Assembly (NCBI GenBank): GCA_951406725.2
Contig: OX597827.1
Coordinates: forward strand, 21,266,001 to 21,330,000
Length of the DNA: 64,000 nucleotides
Reading direction: 5' to 3'
Origin: Octopus vulgaris
Taxonomy: Eukaryota
This document shows, piece by piece, positions 35,498 to 49,459 of the stretch; the stretch's first letter is position 1, and each line of letters opens with the position of its first letter. Position numbers and translations under genes: made by a program. A model generated the notes under the pieces. The model was given only the letters and a program-made list of their open reading frames with translations. It searched no databases and was not told the origin of the DNA.

Positions 35498-38400
35498 GAT
35501 TCTTCACTGTCAGAGAATGAGAAAAAAAATAAAAAATAAAAAAGAAATACTACTACTACTAATAATAATCTTTTACTGGCCACAAAAGCCCAAGACATTG
35601 ATTACTGTACAAAGACGAAATAGAAAAGGAAATGGTAGTAGGCTTACACTGGGTCAACAAAACAAGGATATTCATTTCTTTACTACCCACAAGGGGCTAA
35701 ACACAGACAGACAAAGGGATTAAGCCGATTACATCGACCCCAGTGCGTAACTGGTACTTAATTTATCAACCCCGAAAGGATGAAAGGCAAAGTCGACCTT
35801 GACGGAATTTGAACTCGGAACGTAACGACAGATGAAATACGGCTACGCATTTCGCCCGGTGTGCTAACGTTTCTGCCAGCTTGTCAACAAAAGGATATTA
35901 GTAAACAAATAATAAAAACAACAACAAAAACCTAAGAAGGGAGGATCAAACAAGCAAAAGAGCAACAGAATGAGGTGAGTTATATTTGTGTCAGCACACA
36001 ATCTCAGATGATTTGAACACAGCAAAAGTAGAGGAAATACCTTTTCCCAATTATTGCTGCCAGTCTCTAGTACCATATTTCTTCAATTAAATTTTGAAAA
36101 TAATAAAGCATTTATCAAAATAACTGTCCATTATTAAAATGCTATTCTTTTTCTCTCACTAAAGCAGGCAGTGTAGTCTTAGCTGAAAGCCAATTCCATT
36201 CTGCAAGTGGCAGTTGCTGTTTGACATCAACACACAAATCAACATTGCAGGAACACAAATGGTTTCAGTATCCTGCAGGCATCTTGGACATAAGTCTTGT
36301 GTGGGTCAAACCCAAAAAGATCTTATGCTAAACAGCTGAAACCTTACTTCCCCCCCCCCCCACCACCACCACCAATAGAGAATACACTGCTCTCATCTAC
36401 CTCCAGAAGTACTTCTGGGCTCTTGTCATGCATATCATTCCTAATACTTTACACAATGTGAGGCCAGACTTTCTGCTGACCACATAGTCCAACTGGTAGA
36501 GAGTAGTGTGTCTAGCAACACTTTAGATGCTTAACACCCAACACTGGTCAGTACCTTCACTCAGAATCATAGCTCAATCAAAGAGATGAGCTGCAAACAG
36601 CACAGTAAGCGTTACCAATTCACCAATTTCCAGGAACCTCTGCGTATCAGTCACAACATCTTGAGACCCTTATGTAGTGGGAGAAACAGTAAATGGACTT
36701 CTAGACCAGCAAAGCTTGACTCTTTTACACAAAAAGAGTGTATGCCCTGGTCAGATGTCTCCTGAGACAAGGCCTGATCTTCAGGCTGTGGTGCATCACA
36801 AAAATACTCACAATTCTGTATAACAAAAATAATAATGCTTCATCATTGAAGAAACTTTTGGCTCATGCCCCATCTGGTGTAGGCCTGGCTGTGTGGTTAA
36901 GAAGTTTGCTTCCCAACCTCGTGGTTTCTGGTTCAGTTCCACCGCACAGCTCCATGGACAAATGTCTTTTACTATGCCCGTGGCTGAGCAAACCCTTGCA
37001 GGGAGATTTGGTACAGACACTGAAAGAAGCCTGCCGTATGTATGCATGTGTGTGTGTTCTTGATTTGATTTACTTGTTTCAGTCAGTTGACTGTGGCCAT
37101 GCTGGAGCACCGCCTTCAGTTGAGCTAATCGACCCCAGGACTTATTCTTTGTAAGCCTAGTAGTTATTCTATCGGATTCTTTTGCTGAACCGCTAAGTTA
37201 TGAGGACATAAACACACCAGCATCGGTTGTCAAACGATGTTGGGGGGTCAAACACAGACACACACACACATATAACAGGCTTCTTTCAGTTTCCGTCTAC
37301 CAAATCCACTCACACACACACATACACAACAGGTTTCTTGGGCAAGTGTCTTCTACTATAGCCTCGGCCCGACCAAAGCCTTACCTGAGGATGGTAAGAA
37401 GTTAATCTTTAAATAAACGACTACACACTCATCATTATCACTTCCACTTTTCTCTGCTCACATGGATCAAACAGAATTTATTGAGGCAGATGGACGATGC
37501 CCTTCCTGTCACCAAGGAAGGGTCAAGATTTCCTTCCCCATGGCCAAACATGTTTTCAAGGAAGAATGGAAACAAAGTACGTAACCTGCATGACAATGGC
37601 ATTTGTTAACCGTCACCCAATGTCAACATTAGGAGAGAGAGAGAGAGAGAGCAATAAACACACCAGAAACTTGTTTTTAGTTTCCATCTACCAAATCCAT
37701 TCACAATGCTTTGAGTGGCCCTTAGTGAAGAAGTCTCTTGCCCAAGATTCCACACAGTGGGACACAACCCTAAACCATAGAGTTGGGAAGCAGCCTTCTT
37801 ACCACACAGCCACACCAGCACCTCTTATTCTTTTACTTGTTTCAGTCATTTGACTGTGGCCATGCTGGAGCACCGCCTTGAATGGTTTTAGTCAAAGAAA
37901 TCGAATCCAAGACTTATTCTTTGTAAGCCCGTTACTTATTCTATCAGTCTCTTTTGCCGAACTGCTAAGTCATGGGGACGTAAACACACCAACTCCTGTT
38001 GTCAAGCAGTGATGGGACACATAGATATATGCATACATACGTATATATACACACACAACAGGTTTCTTTCAGTTTCCACCTCCCAAGTTGTGGTCGACCC
38101 GGGGCTATAGTAGAAGACATTTGCCCAAAGTGTCACGCAGTGGGACTAAACCCAGAACTATGTGGTTGGGAAGCAAGCTTCTAAACACACAGCCACTCCT
38201 GCGCCTATATATTATGTACACACACACACATCCAACGTGTCTTCTTCCTCTTTTCCTCCACTTCTCTTCCGAGATTAGGATTTCTATATTTTGATTTAGT
38301 AAAAGCTCTTCCAAAAGTCAGTGAAAAGTTTCCAACTTTGTGTGAGATCTGTTCTGTTGTTGCCAGGCGATGGAACAAGCCTCCTCCTTCGTTTCAAGTG

Positions 38401-38953
38401 CAGAAGGTAGCTGCAAACCAGCTTGTTTTCTCTGCCAGTCTGCCTGTGATTCCACCACATCTCATGTGTCCATAGCTTACAGTGCGTACAGCTTATGGAG
38501 TCCAAACTGATTTCTTTTCTGCATATCGAACAAGTCAATTTCCCTGATGCTACCAGCGGTTTTTTCTTATTGATATTTCAGTAAATTGAAAGAAAACGGA
38601 AAGCATTGTGGTTCCAATAGGGCAGAACACTGTCTAGACATGGTTTAAGCCGAAAAAAATTATAAATGCGTATCTAAAAACATGACTTTCAAATCTCTAA
38701 TATTTTAAAAACCACATGGCGGCCTTACTATAAAGAAAATTTAATATTTCTTTCCATAAGGAATCTTTTCGGATTTCAGGGAAACAGGGAAAAGCCGAGC
38801 CACTGACGACAGGATTTGTGTGAGGAGGACCGAACTAAGTGCATGGAGGCTGCAAGAAAACATCGATTGCTTCCAAAGGGTGTGTGTGACATGCCCCTGT
38901 ACTGGCCCCTCTCTGTGTGGGGCTCACATTCCATTAACAGATAGAACCTTCAG

Positions 38954-38984
<31 letters not shown>

Positions 38985-39177
38985 GATGCATAGTGACCCA
39001 TCAGGAGCAATAACAATACAACCGCAAATAAAATAGATGTACGTTGATCTAGTCTAAATTCAAAAGTAAACTTTGTTATGAAATGTCATTACTACTACTA
39101 CTACTACTACTACTACAACCATTATTATTACTATTATTATTATTGCAGCAGCTGCTGCTGCTGTTTTTAACACTTAC

Positions 39178-39245
39178 CTTTTTGGCAGACGTCGACAGAG
39201 CTCGAGCGAAGCGCAAGACGGTGACGAAACAAAAAGTCCCCAATA
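39178..39245 (-). promoter_or_regulatory. Predicted non-coding first exon of ZNF 34355-35497
   Basis: AAG|GTAAGT donor at 39177 and a short CpG-rich unique stretch (gacgtcgac...ctcgagcgaagcgc). Confidence 0.55.
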
Positions 39246-39335
39246 GAATAACATTCCACTAACGTCTAAGCATTGAATGTGTTCAATATTGAGCCACGTT
39301 CAAATTTCACCGAAGTCGACTTTGCCGTTCATCTT

Positions 39336-39742
39336 GGTACTACTTGAGAACATTGGGCCCGGTGCGCGCACTCGCGCAAGCTAGTCATGACTAGTCGATC
39401 CTTACTTTGTTTTTGTGTGTTATTTACTTTGTGTTTTTGTGTTTTATTTACTTTAACAAAAATTATTTATTTTGTTTTATTTACTTTGCTACGGGCGAAC
39501 CTTCGGTGGAAGTACCGGATGCATTTCAAAAAAGTGGGGTTTTTTTTATATATGGGGGGGGGGGTAGGATTTGTGGTGGGAGAAAAGGTTTTCTGTTATC
39601 TTCAGAAATGTAAACAAAGTCACGTGTGTACATATACCGAAGCATCGCCTTGTTACGTAGTCGTTGTAGGATCGACTAGTCACGACTAGCTAGCGCGGAT
39701 GCGCGACTACGCGCACCGGGACCACTGTTCTCAAGTAGTACC
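39336..39742. mobile_element. MITE family B copy inserted in a SINE
   Basis: Same GGTACTACT/AGTAGTACC TIRs; degenerate 9-bp TSD gttcatctt / tttcatcgt. Confidence 0.85.
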
Positions 39743-42700
39743 TTTCATCGTTTGGCGGGGTCGATGAAAAAGTACCAGTTGAACACTGGGCTCGATGTAA
39801 TCGATTCACTAATTTCCCAGGATTGCTGGCCTTGTGCCAACATTTTAAACCAGTATTTCCCGAAGTACAAGTCGCACCAAGAGAAAGTCAGTTATTCGAT
39901 TTATTTTGTGATATAGTATAAATAATTCCATCTTTTTATTAATTAGAAATAAGGAGTGAAATCGTTGATTGAACCTATCTCAACATGTAGTGTTAATTTA
40001 CAATTTAGAAAGAAGAAGAAATCCGTTCTGTTTCATATTAACTCGGTTAACTCAGACCCAAAATTGACGTAGGAGATTAAGTGACATTCATACTTTTCCA
40101 AGATTACTGACGACTCTAAAGTAATAAATTTAGAAAATCGAAAGGCAGAATTTACAGCATTTGGCTCTGAATTTATTTCAGTCAGACACCAAGACCCAGA
40201 TTTATAAAGCAATACTAACTGTATAGAGTGAAGTTCGTGGTTCCATTCTGATTCGTCTCGTGATTAAAGATACCTATTCATCGGTCTTTATAATGTGACT
40301 TTTTATGAGACACATGATTGATTTCATGGTGAGAATATTGATTATTGAACAGACTTCAATAGATTCCCAAACCCATGGGAACAGATTGGTCTGTTGAATA
40401 ATGAAGGTTTATCTTGGCGATACTTCATTATAACTCCAAATTTCAAATTGAAACAAAATAAATGAACAAAAAAAAAACAAACAAACACTAAGACTGAAAA
40501 TTTGTTTGAATATATATATGTACAAATATTTGAACACTTTCTCAATTATTTCTTCCAATATACAGTTTTCAAAGAATGTATTCTTTCTGAAAAATATTTC
40601 TCTGCTCCAATCTAACCCGAATCTTAATGCTTAGTTGAAGACAAATTAATAATTCCAAGAGGTGAAGTATTTCACGACAAACTACGTATTGTTAAATGGC
40701 TTGAATTCTTGAAATCCATTTCATAATAAATCCATGTTCTTTAGCTCAGGCCACTGGTTCGCAAAAATTTACTCTTAGACAACACATCATGCTATATAGT
40801 TAAACAATTTTGTAGATGAAAATTTAATTATTTCAATATTTGAAATATGCAATAAAACAAATATAAGTTCATGAGACACATTTTTATCTTTTAAATGGAT
40901 TCTGTATTTATCAATCACAGACAGCAGAGTAGTTAAGATCACTTCCCAACCAAGTGCTTCTAGGTTCAATCTCCAGGGTGGCAGCACGTCGTCTGCTACA
41001 AAAGCCCCTAACTGACCAAAGCCTTATGAGTGGAAGCCCACCATATACATGTGTTTCTCCTTGTGAAAGTTGTAAAGGAATATCACTGTCACACATTTCC
41101 AATCTTATGCCAAAATCATGTCCAGTCATTGGGGGGGGGAGCAGATGAGGGTTAGCTAACACGAAATGCATCTTGCTGCAGAAAACCTGCCTCAATGAAT
41201 TTCATCTCACCCATGATGAAAGCATTGAAAAGAGGATGTAAAGATGAAGAGGAGGCAGTCGGTTCCCTGATTATTTTCTACAGGCAATGTGATCCAAGCC
41301 AGACTAGGAGCAATCTTCATGCAAGCCACATATACTCTGGTCATTTTTTCTAAGCTATGTTGCAGCATTGTTCACCATGAACTCAAAACCTACCAATGCA
41401 GGGTCATTGCTAAAACAGTCTCTGAAAATTGTCCCAACCTAGTGATTACTGTTAATAAAAAATAATACATTGGGCCAATACTGAATTCCAGACTGTGAAA
41501 TGCTAAATTGACCAAAGCTAAACAATAAAACTGTATGCAAGGCTTAGTCTATTGTTTAACAATTGAAATCAGGAAAGCAAACCAACTTGTGAGTATTGTA
41601 AAGTCTGGTGCCAGATGAAAAGCACCAAAGTCCACTCTGTGAAGTGGTTAGCATTAGAAAGGGAATCCAGCCATAGAAACTAGGTCAAAGAGAGACAAAT
41701 GGAACCTGGTGTAGCTCTCTGGCTGGTCAGTTCCTGTTGGACAGTCCAACCCATGCCAGCATGGAAAACAGACGTGTGATGATGTACTAAGTCTCATTCA
41801 AAGTTGAAATTTTTAAAAAATTATTCTTGGAGTTACGAAAGTAGAGCAATGCTAATGATTCCACAGGCTCTCTGAGACTAGCAGGAGGGCAAGGAGGAGG
41901 AAGGGCATTCTCAAACTGAACATTAGGCCTGAAAGCAACAGAGTGGACTCTGCTAAAGTCATCTAAAGTGCCAAGTGGTGGCATTAAACCAAGGGATGTA
42001 TTAAGTCCACAACTCCACATGCAGTTTGGTAGTCTAGTCTGCTGAACTACATCAGCTGAACAAACCACTCTACTACTACTACTACAAAATGAGACGATGC
42101 CAGAAATTAAAAGAAATTTGACTTCCTGGTCCTCAAAGATATAAATGGAATGAGAGATGCTTGTTATATCCAGAGCCTTTGCTCTCTATGTAGAAATTAG
42201 ATTCATCCACTGTGTTTTATATATCAGTCTACCATTTGTTGAGATGTGTCTACGTTTATTATGAGGCAACGTCACTCACAGAAAATATAAATTCTATGTT
42301 TTTTGGTTGATAATAATACCATTACGAGAATGACTGTGAAATTTAATTACAGTTAAAGGATTAAATCTACCCCTATCCAAAGAGGCAGCTCTCAGCCAGA
42401 TACAACCTGACAACCATCATTGGAGTAAAATTTGTGCTCAGCCCATCATGGAATCATAGTACCAACATCTCGGAATGAGTTTCATGATGGCTAGTCTGGT
42501 TAGATCTCCCACTTTCTGAAATGTCTGATTAATTGCTGACTATAAACAGTTACACAGTAAATCTACAGACAAACGAGGATAAAACGAAATACTTACTGAG
42601 AGTTTTAAGATGATTTATTATTAAGTCAACAGGTAAAAGAGGCTTTCAGTCACATGTGAGTTCTTCAGAGACCATCAACCCATGGGTCAAGAGTTCATAT

Positions 42701-43159
42701 CCAACATAAGTAGTTTGTTGTGCCAAAGAAGAGCAGATCCTAGTTTTCTTCCGGAAATGTAAACTGTGAGAAGCCGACGTCATATTAAGAGGAAATTTTA
42801 TTTCATATTTGTTTGATGCCAGAGACTAAAATGAAACATTGGAACCAACGGGTTGCAATGAAGAGATTAAACTATTTACTACAGCTCACTTATGTTAGTT
42901 ACTGTTACACTGTATCAATTAGCATCATGTTAATATCTCCACTCTAGAATGATCAATCACTTAAATCAATAGATCTTGTGATAAATGCATCACCTTCACA
43001 GTACTCGACACAGCCGTACCATTTCCAGATTGAAATGAGATGAATCAATAATATATTTCTGTGCAAATAATCATCAAGTTTTAGGATTTAGAAAACACCT
43101 TTTTTTAAGTTAGGAGATGATTACCACTTGTTACATTTTGTCTCCAACAGGAGAGATGG

Positions 43160-43687
43160 TCATCCATGGTTAGTGTATTCTCTGCTACAGTAATCACTGA
43201 AGCCATTGACAGGTCTTTTCATCCTTGACTGCAGCAGAAATTTACGTTTAAAATGCAATTTCAAATGCAATTTTAGAAGTAGCAGCTTTGAGAAGTTCTG
43301 TTCACATTTTGGACATTGAAAAGTTTTCTTTCCGTGTAATTTTTTGTGTTTCACCAAACAGAAGTCATTCAGAAAGTCTTTATCGCACACTTCACAGTGG
43401 AATGGCTTTTGTGTTGAATGTAGAAGTTGATGTAGTTTTAATGTAAAATCTGAGACAAAAGTCTTGTCACATGACGTACAATTGAACTGTTTTGAATTCT
43501 CCATTGCAGTATGTGAAGCTTTGTGCATCTTCAGGTAGCTGTTGTTTAAGAAATCTTTGTTACACACATAACAATGAAATGACTTTGGTTTGTGATGGAA
43601 ACGTTGGTGAACTTGTAAGGTGAACTCCGAGACAAAATCCATCTGACACATAAAGCAATGAAAAGATTTCTTTTCAGCTAAGTTCAT
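43160..43687 (-). CDS. C2H2 zinc-finger protein, 175 aa, 5 atypical fingers
   Basis: Five CxxC-12-HxxxH motifs. Acceptor tttttgcag at 43694-43693 followed by a Kozak-like GCC-ATG. Confidence 0.88.
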   Translation of the reverse strand: MNLAEKKSFHCFMCQMDFVSEFTLQVHQRFHHKPKSFHCYVCNKDFLNNSYLKMHKASHTAMENSKQFNCTSCDKTFVSDFTLKLHQLLHSTQKPFHCEVCDKDFLNDFCLVKHKKLHGKKTFQCPKCEQNFSKLLLLKLHLKLHFKRKFLLQSRMKRPVNGFSDYCSREYTNHG

Positions 43688-46600
43688 GGCAGCTGCAAAA
43701 AATAAAAATAAAAATAAAGAAATGGTTTTGTATCAAAATATCAAAGATTGCAATAAAAGACATCATTAAAATATAGGAACGAGAATATAAAACCATTTTA
43801 GTTGGAAAACTACAAGTTTCTTGACCATCATATAGTGTGCCCTGAACAAGGCACTGATAAATTGTCACTTTTAATCATCAGTCAACATAAATAAGGAAAG
43901 AATAAAAAGCTTTTAAAGGAGCCAATTAAATGGGCCTCACCCCTGTCATTTTGACTTGCTAAATATATAAGCTAAACCTAACTTCTAAATAAGTAACAAA
44001 AAAAAAACAAAAAAACTCTACACCCAGTGAAAGGTCAACTACTTAAATGGTGACCTCATGACATTTCTCATGAGCCTCTTGTCTAGAAAAATCCATTTAC
44101 ACCCAAACAGCCAATAGTTATTTAAACAAAACTTTTTGGATGTGTGGAAGTATAAATTTATAAAATAGCAGCAACCCCAGGGACTCAAACAGTCTAAACT
44201 TTGAAAGTTCACACAAAGCAAAATAGAAAATTACTTTCTCGTTCAAACCCAAATTTCTCCAATTCTACTTATATATATTTTTTTTAAACTCCATCCACCT
44301 ATTTAATATGCGCTAGCTTCAAGGTGGTACCCCAGCATGGCCACAGTCTAATGACTGAAACAATTGATATACACACACACAGGTGGGCACCGTTAATTGA
44401 AAAGCTAACTTCGTTAATCTCTTAATTCTTTGAAAATTTAACTGATGTTCACATTAACTTTTATTGAAAAAGGCATAACTATGGTTTAATACCCCACCGA
44501 TTTTGTTGCATAATTTCCAGAATATTAGATACTTTTTAATGAAATTCACCAAATAATTGCTTATACCCTGTAGATTGAGTGTATGTAAAGATTTATAAGA
44601 AAAAATTTCCAAAAGGTTGGAGAGAGGAGTTTTGGAAAATTCACAGGACCCAACATTTTCCCCCTCAAAACTTTCTGAAAAATAGGTATTTTTTACTGAA
44701 ATTTTATACAAATACCTTTCAAAAGGTGTAGATTATGATTACAAAGAAATTTGTAGGCAATATTTTTGAAAGGGGGCAAGGGGCGGAGTTTCTGAAAAAC
44801 GATGTTTCGGATCAGATGGCCCACATAAGTTAGAATTTCTCCATTTTGACAGGGATTTTTCCAATGCTTTTCAACGAAGTCTTCAGAATGATTGAAAGCA
44901 TCTTTTCATATAAAAAAAAAAAAGAAAGAAAATATTTTCAAAAAAATTTTTTTCCCCCACTCCAAAACGATTTTGGCCATTTTTTTTTTTTCACTTTGCA
45001 CTTAAAACCCGTGAGAAAAACATTTTCGGTTTAAAAACAAAAAAAAATTTAATTTCTGAGGAAAATGTGTGATTTAAGGGAGATCTGGCTGTTGTTTCTA
45101 GCATATCCCAAAACCTCCCTCCTCATTTCTTTCTCATTCACACAACTATTGATATTTTTCAATATTTTTCTACCCATAAACAAATTTTATGGAATGATAT
45201 CAAAGTAACTCACATGTAGTCCTAACTAAGTGAGACCATGTTATGTGTGTGTGTGTAAGAAAAAAAACACCTTTAATCATCATCATTTAACGTCCGCTTT
45301 CCATGCTAGCATGGGTTGGACAGTTCAACTGGGGTCTGGGGAGCCCGAAAGCTGCACCAGTCCAGTCAGATCTGGCAGTGTTTCTACAGCTGGATGCCCT
45401 TCCTAACGCCAACCACTCCGAGAGTGTAGTGGGTGATTTTATGTGCCACCGACACAGGTGCCAGACGAGGCTGGCAAACGGCCACGCTCGGATGGTGTTT
45501 TTTATGTGCCACCGACACAGGTGCCAGACGAGGCTGGCAGACGGCCACGCTCGGATGGTGTTTTTATGTGCCACCGACACAGGTGCCAGATGAGGCTGGC
45601 AAACGGCCACGATCGGATGGTGTTTGTTACGTGCCCACAGCACGGAGGCCAGTCGATGCGGTACTAGCTACGGCCACGTTCGGATGGTTTTCTTGTGTGC
45701 CACGTGCCACCGGCACCACAAAGATACAAATTCCATTGATGTTCATCTATTTTGATTTGTTTTGATTTTCACTTGCCTCAACAGGTCTTCACAAGTGTCA
45801 CAAGAAGGAAGGTAAGCACAGGTGGACTGACTACGTCCCAGGTAAGGGCCAATGTTCATATTAATCTGTCAAATGTAATGCTTATTTGTTCATGTTAATT
45901 TGAATTATACACGTTCCACAATATTTGTTTGTAACTTTGTAAATTTTTTACATAGATTTGAAATTTTGTCAGTGGGTGCTTTATATACCACTGGTTTATA
46001 GTTATGTAACTTTAGCTGATCATGCTGAGTAAATTTGACTTTTATGGGCAGGTAAATTTAATTAACAGGTGTAAAAGCAATAACATTATTGGATAAACAC
46101 TAAAATTAGATTTCTTAATGCATCTTACCAGTTTGATTTGTTACTAAAATTATCCCAGGTGGTAACCGACAAAAATTTTGCCACTTTTGAAGATGAGGTA
46201 CATTAATTTGAATTAATTAAAATACAGGAATAATCAGTACAAGATTTTATTCTTTCGGTAAATATTTTGTACCTCGGTGTGGAATAATTTTTTTCCACAG
46301 TTCTTTTTGCAGGTGCATTCAACGTATCTGATCTCCAAACACATTGCAAGCTACTTTTTTTCCAAAAAAGAAAGATAGGAGGGATGGCAGGGACCTCAAA
46401 GTTTCCCCACCAAGGGGCTTTTGTTTCGCGCGTCTTTTCCAGGTTATTTTGTACGCTTTCAAAGAATGTGACACCGAAATCACGCGTAAACAGCTCCTTT
46501 TTCCAGAAAAGGAAAGATTTAGCTGCTATTTCTAGCATGCCCTGCTACCACGTAACGGCTATTTGTGTTTACACAGAAATATTTACCAACTTTCTTCCTT

Positions 46601-47980
46601 CCATTTATTTTTTCCACTTTATGGAAGTCAATATTTTCTCTGTTGACGTCCAGCTCAGTTAATTTTGTTTTTTTGCCAGTTCTGTGTTTTCTGAAAGAAA
46701 ATCCCTCACATTATCTCAAAGCTACAAGAATTCACTAATGTGATTTGTTTATTTCTTTAAAAGATTCATCCATAGATACAACAGGTACCAAAAGTACCAA
46801 AATTGTAAAATCAACTTTTTTAGCCTTTTTTAAGGGCTTTAGAAACCAAAAACTTTTTTTTTGTTTAGAGTTAAAAAATGTGCAGACTGAATCTTCCCCC
46901 TCAACTTCTTCACGACTTTTTTCCGCAACACTAACCCGAAAACCGTAACAGTAAGTACAAAAATGTTTTGAAATTTTTATCCGAATCTTGATGGGTGGTT
47001 TGGGCGGATGTCTTGCCAATTCTTTTTTGTTGAAAAATTGAAATTTTACAAAGACTCCGCCCGTCCCCTCCCATTTGTGTCGAAAAAAAAAGAAATTTTT
47101 AAGGGTGGTTTTGGGGGGACGGGCAGAAGTCTTGCCCCCACCCCGCCCACTTTAAATTTTTTTAACAAAAACCCACGTTTTCGTAAAAATGAAAAATTTA
47201 TGAGTTTAGCACGTGTATACATCGTAACTCTGCCAACGTACCTCTCTTTTACTTGTTTCAGTCATTTAACTGCGGCCATGCTGGAGCACCGCCTTCAGTG
47301 GAGCAAATCAACGCCAGAACTTATTCTTTTTAAGTCTAGTACTTATTCTATCGCTCTCTATTACCGAACCGCTAACACACCAGCATCGGTTGTCAAACGA
47401 TGTTGGGGGGACAAACACACACACACAAGGCACTGGTCGGCCCGAGGCTATAGTAGAAGACGCTTGTCCAAGGTGTCACGCAGGGCGAGTGAACCTGGAA
47501 CCATGTGGTTGGTAAGCAAGCTCCTGCGCTTGTAAGATTTCATTTTTTTAATATAATTGAGGAAACAAAGTTCGTGGGACACCAAACTGTAATTATAACC
47601 AAATATGTCTTTTAGAAAAGTTAACGTTTAATATTCTTCGTAGTATTTCGTCGTAGTTAAATGGCGAAATAGCGTGCGCCAACAAGTTATAAACATTTAT
47701 TGGAAGGACTCAATGATTTTAAGAAAAATAGATTTCAATGATTCGGGGACACAAAACTTAACATTTATTTATATTAATAATAAAATAACAACAACACGCT
47801 AATTAATTAACGGAAAGCATTTTTCACAGGTACAGTAAAGTCTTTTAGAGTATTTGTAAAATATATCCTTGTAATTATTTAAAGTTTACAAAGAAAGTAT
47901 AAAATTGCTCTAGTAATTATACGGGAAGAGCGACATTCACAAAAATTAGCAGAAAACCAAATTATTAAATAATAATTTAC

Positions 47981-48110
47981 CTTAAAAGTTGAGTAATAGA
48001 CGTTTCTCTATCCAATGTCTGCGTAAACAAAAACAACGTCGTCAATGAATGAAGCACGTGGAATGAACTCACCATGGCCACGTGCTTACATTAATATATA
48101 TACACCGCCG
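47981..48110 (-). promoter_or_regulatory. Predicted non-coding first exon and promoter of ZNF 43160-43687, with paired CACGTG E-boxes
   Basis: AAG|GTAAAT donor at 47980, CpG-enriched, and an inverted 10-mer AAGCACGTGG (48052-48061) / CCACGTGCTT (48078-48087). Confidence 0.5.
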
Positions 48111-48262
48111 GTGAACTTTAACTTAATGCCTACGTCTTCGTTTAGTCTGATCCATTCCTGAAAAGGCAAACCCAGAGACGCAGTTTAATTCTTTAAAAAT
48201 GAAAATAAAAATATATATTATGGATATTATTTTATTTAATGAATTTTTTTCGGATCCATCCC

Positions 48263-49459
48263 GGATCTTTTCGGTTTGAACGGCAGTTTTTAACATAATT
48301 TCTATGTAACTAAAAAATTTTAAACTTCGTATACTGGTAGAATGTGTTTATAAAACATCTTGGATCTTTTCCTTTTGAACGGCACTTTGTAACATAATTT
48401 CTAGGTAACTAAAAAGTTTTAAACTTTGTATACTGGTAGAATGTGTTTATAAAACATCATTTTCTCTTGGCTTTATTGAGAAAATTCTATAGGTTGTAAG
48501 ATATTTCGTCTTTAATTTCGAGCATTTCGGCAATTTTAACCAATCACTGACGTCCATTTAGGTAAGTAACATTCTGTGCATAATGAATATGTCCCTCATT
48601 TAAGAAACAGATTGGGTTTATTTACATTTGTGAAGAAAAACAGATACCCTTCCCCCAACCCCTAACCCTAAATCTAAAATATATTGAAATGCAATAGATC
48701 AATACTAGGGCCATAATTATGGGTGACATTTTTATTTGACACCGCTAGAAAAAAATCCCATTTTCCGTAGCGGTGTCACCCATAATTATAACCCTAGTAT
48801 CGATCTATTGCATTTCAATCTATCTTAGATTTAGGGTTAGGGGCGGGGAAAGGGTATCTCTTTTCTTCACAAATGTAAATAAACCCAATCTGTTTCTGAA
48901 AGGAGGGACATATTCATTATGCACAGAATGTTATTTACCTAAATGGACGTCAGTGATTGGTTAAAATTGCCGAAATGCTCGAAATTAAAGACGAAATATC
49001 TTACAACCTATAGAATTTTCTCAATAAAGCCAAGAGAAAATGATGTTTTATAAACATATTCTACCAGTATACGAAGTTTAAAACTTTTTAGTTACCTAGA
49101 AATTATGTTACAAACTGCCGTTCAAAAGGAAAAGATCCAACATCTTTTTCTCTTGGCTTTATTGAGAAAATTCTATGGTTTGTAAGATATTTGTTGTTTT
49201 TTTTCTTCAATTTCTGCAATTTCAACCAATCACTGACGTCCATTGAGGTAAAAAACATTCTGTGCCGTATGAATATGTCCCTCGTTTAAGAAACAGATTG
49301 GGTTTATTTACATTTGTGAAGAAAAAAAAGATACCCTTCCCCCCACCCCTAACCCTAAAACAGATTGAAATGCAATAGATCAATACTAGGGTCATAATTA
49401 TGGGTGACAATTTAATATGACACCGCTAGAAAAAACTGCCGTTCAAACTGAAAAGATCC
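48263..49459. mobile_element. MITE family A outer copy, interrupted by a nested fold-back element
   Basis: TIRs at 48263 and 49459; the sequence resumes at 49139 after the insertion. Confidence 0.88.
48362..49138. mobile_element. Nested fold-back MITE (two family-A-like halves in inverted orientation), 8-bp TSD AACATCTT
   Basis: Arms about 48362-48747 and 48768-49138 are near-perfect inverted copies; perfect TSD at 48354-48361 and 49139-49146. Confidence 0.9.

Noticed and set aside
41787-42068. 93-aa ORF in unique sequence
   Set aside because: No recognisable motif, a non-ATG start and no convincing splice context.
42590-42600. Strong minus-strand donor (CA|GTAAGT) downstream of the 175-aa ZNF, suggesting a 3'UTR intron or read-through splicing
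   Set aside because: A single motif with no supported acceptor; it cannot be told from chance without RNA data.
45437-45720. CRISPR-like repeat/spacer appearance
   Set aside because: Eukaryotic context, no cas genes, spacers related to each other; this is the RTE 3' UTR tandem array.
44380-47240. Possible large DNA-transposon remnant (poly-A/T and poly-G/C tracts, CAGGTGGGCA start)
   Set aside because: No matching second TIR, TSD or coding remnant could be identified by eye.
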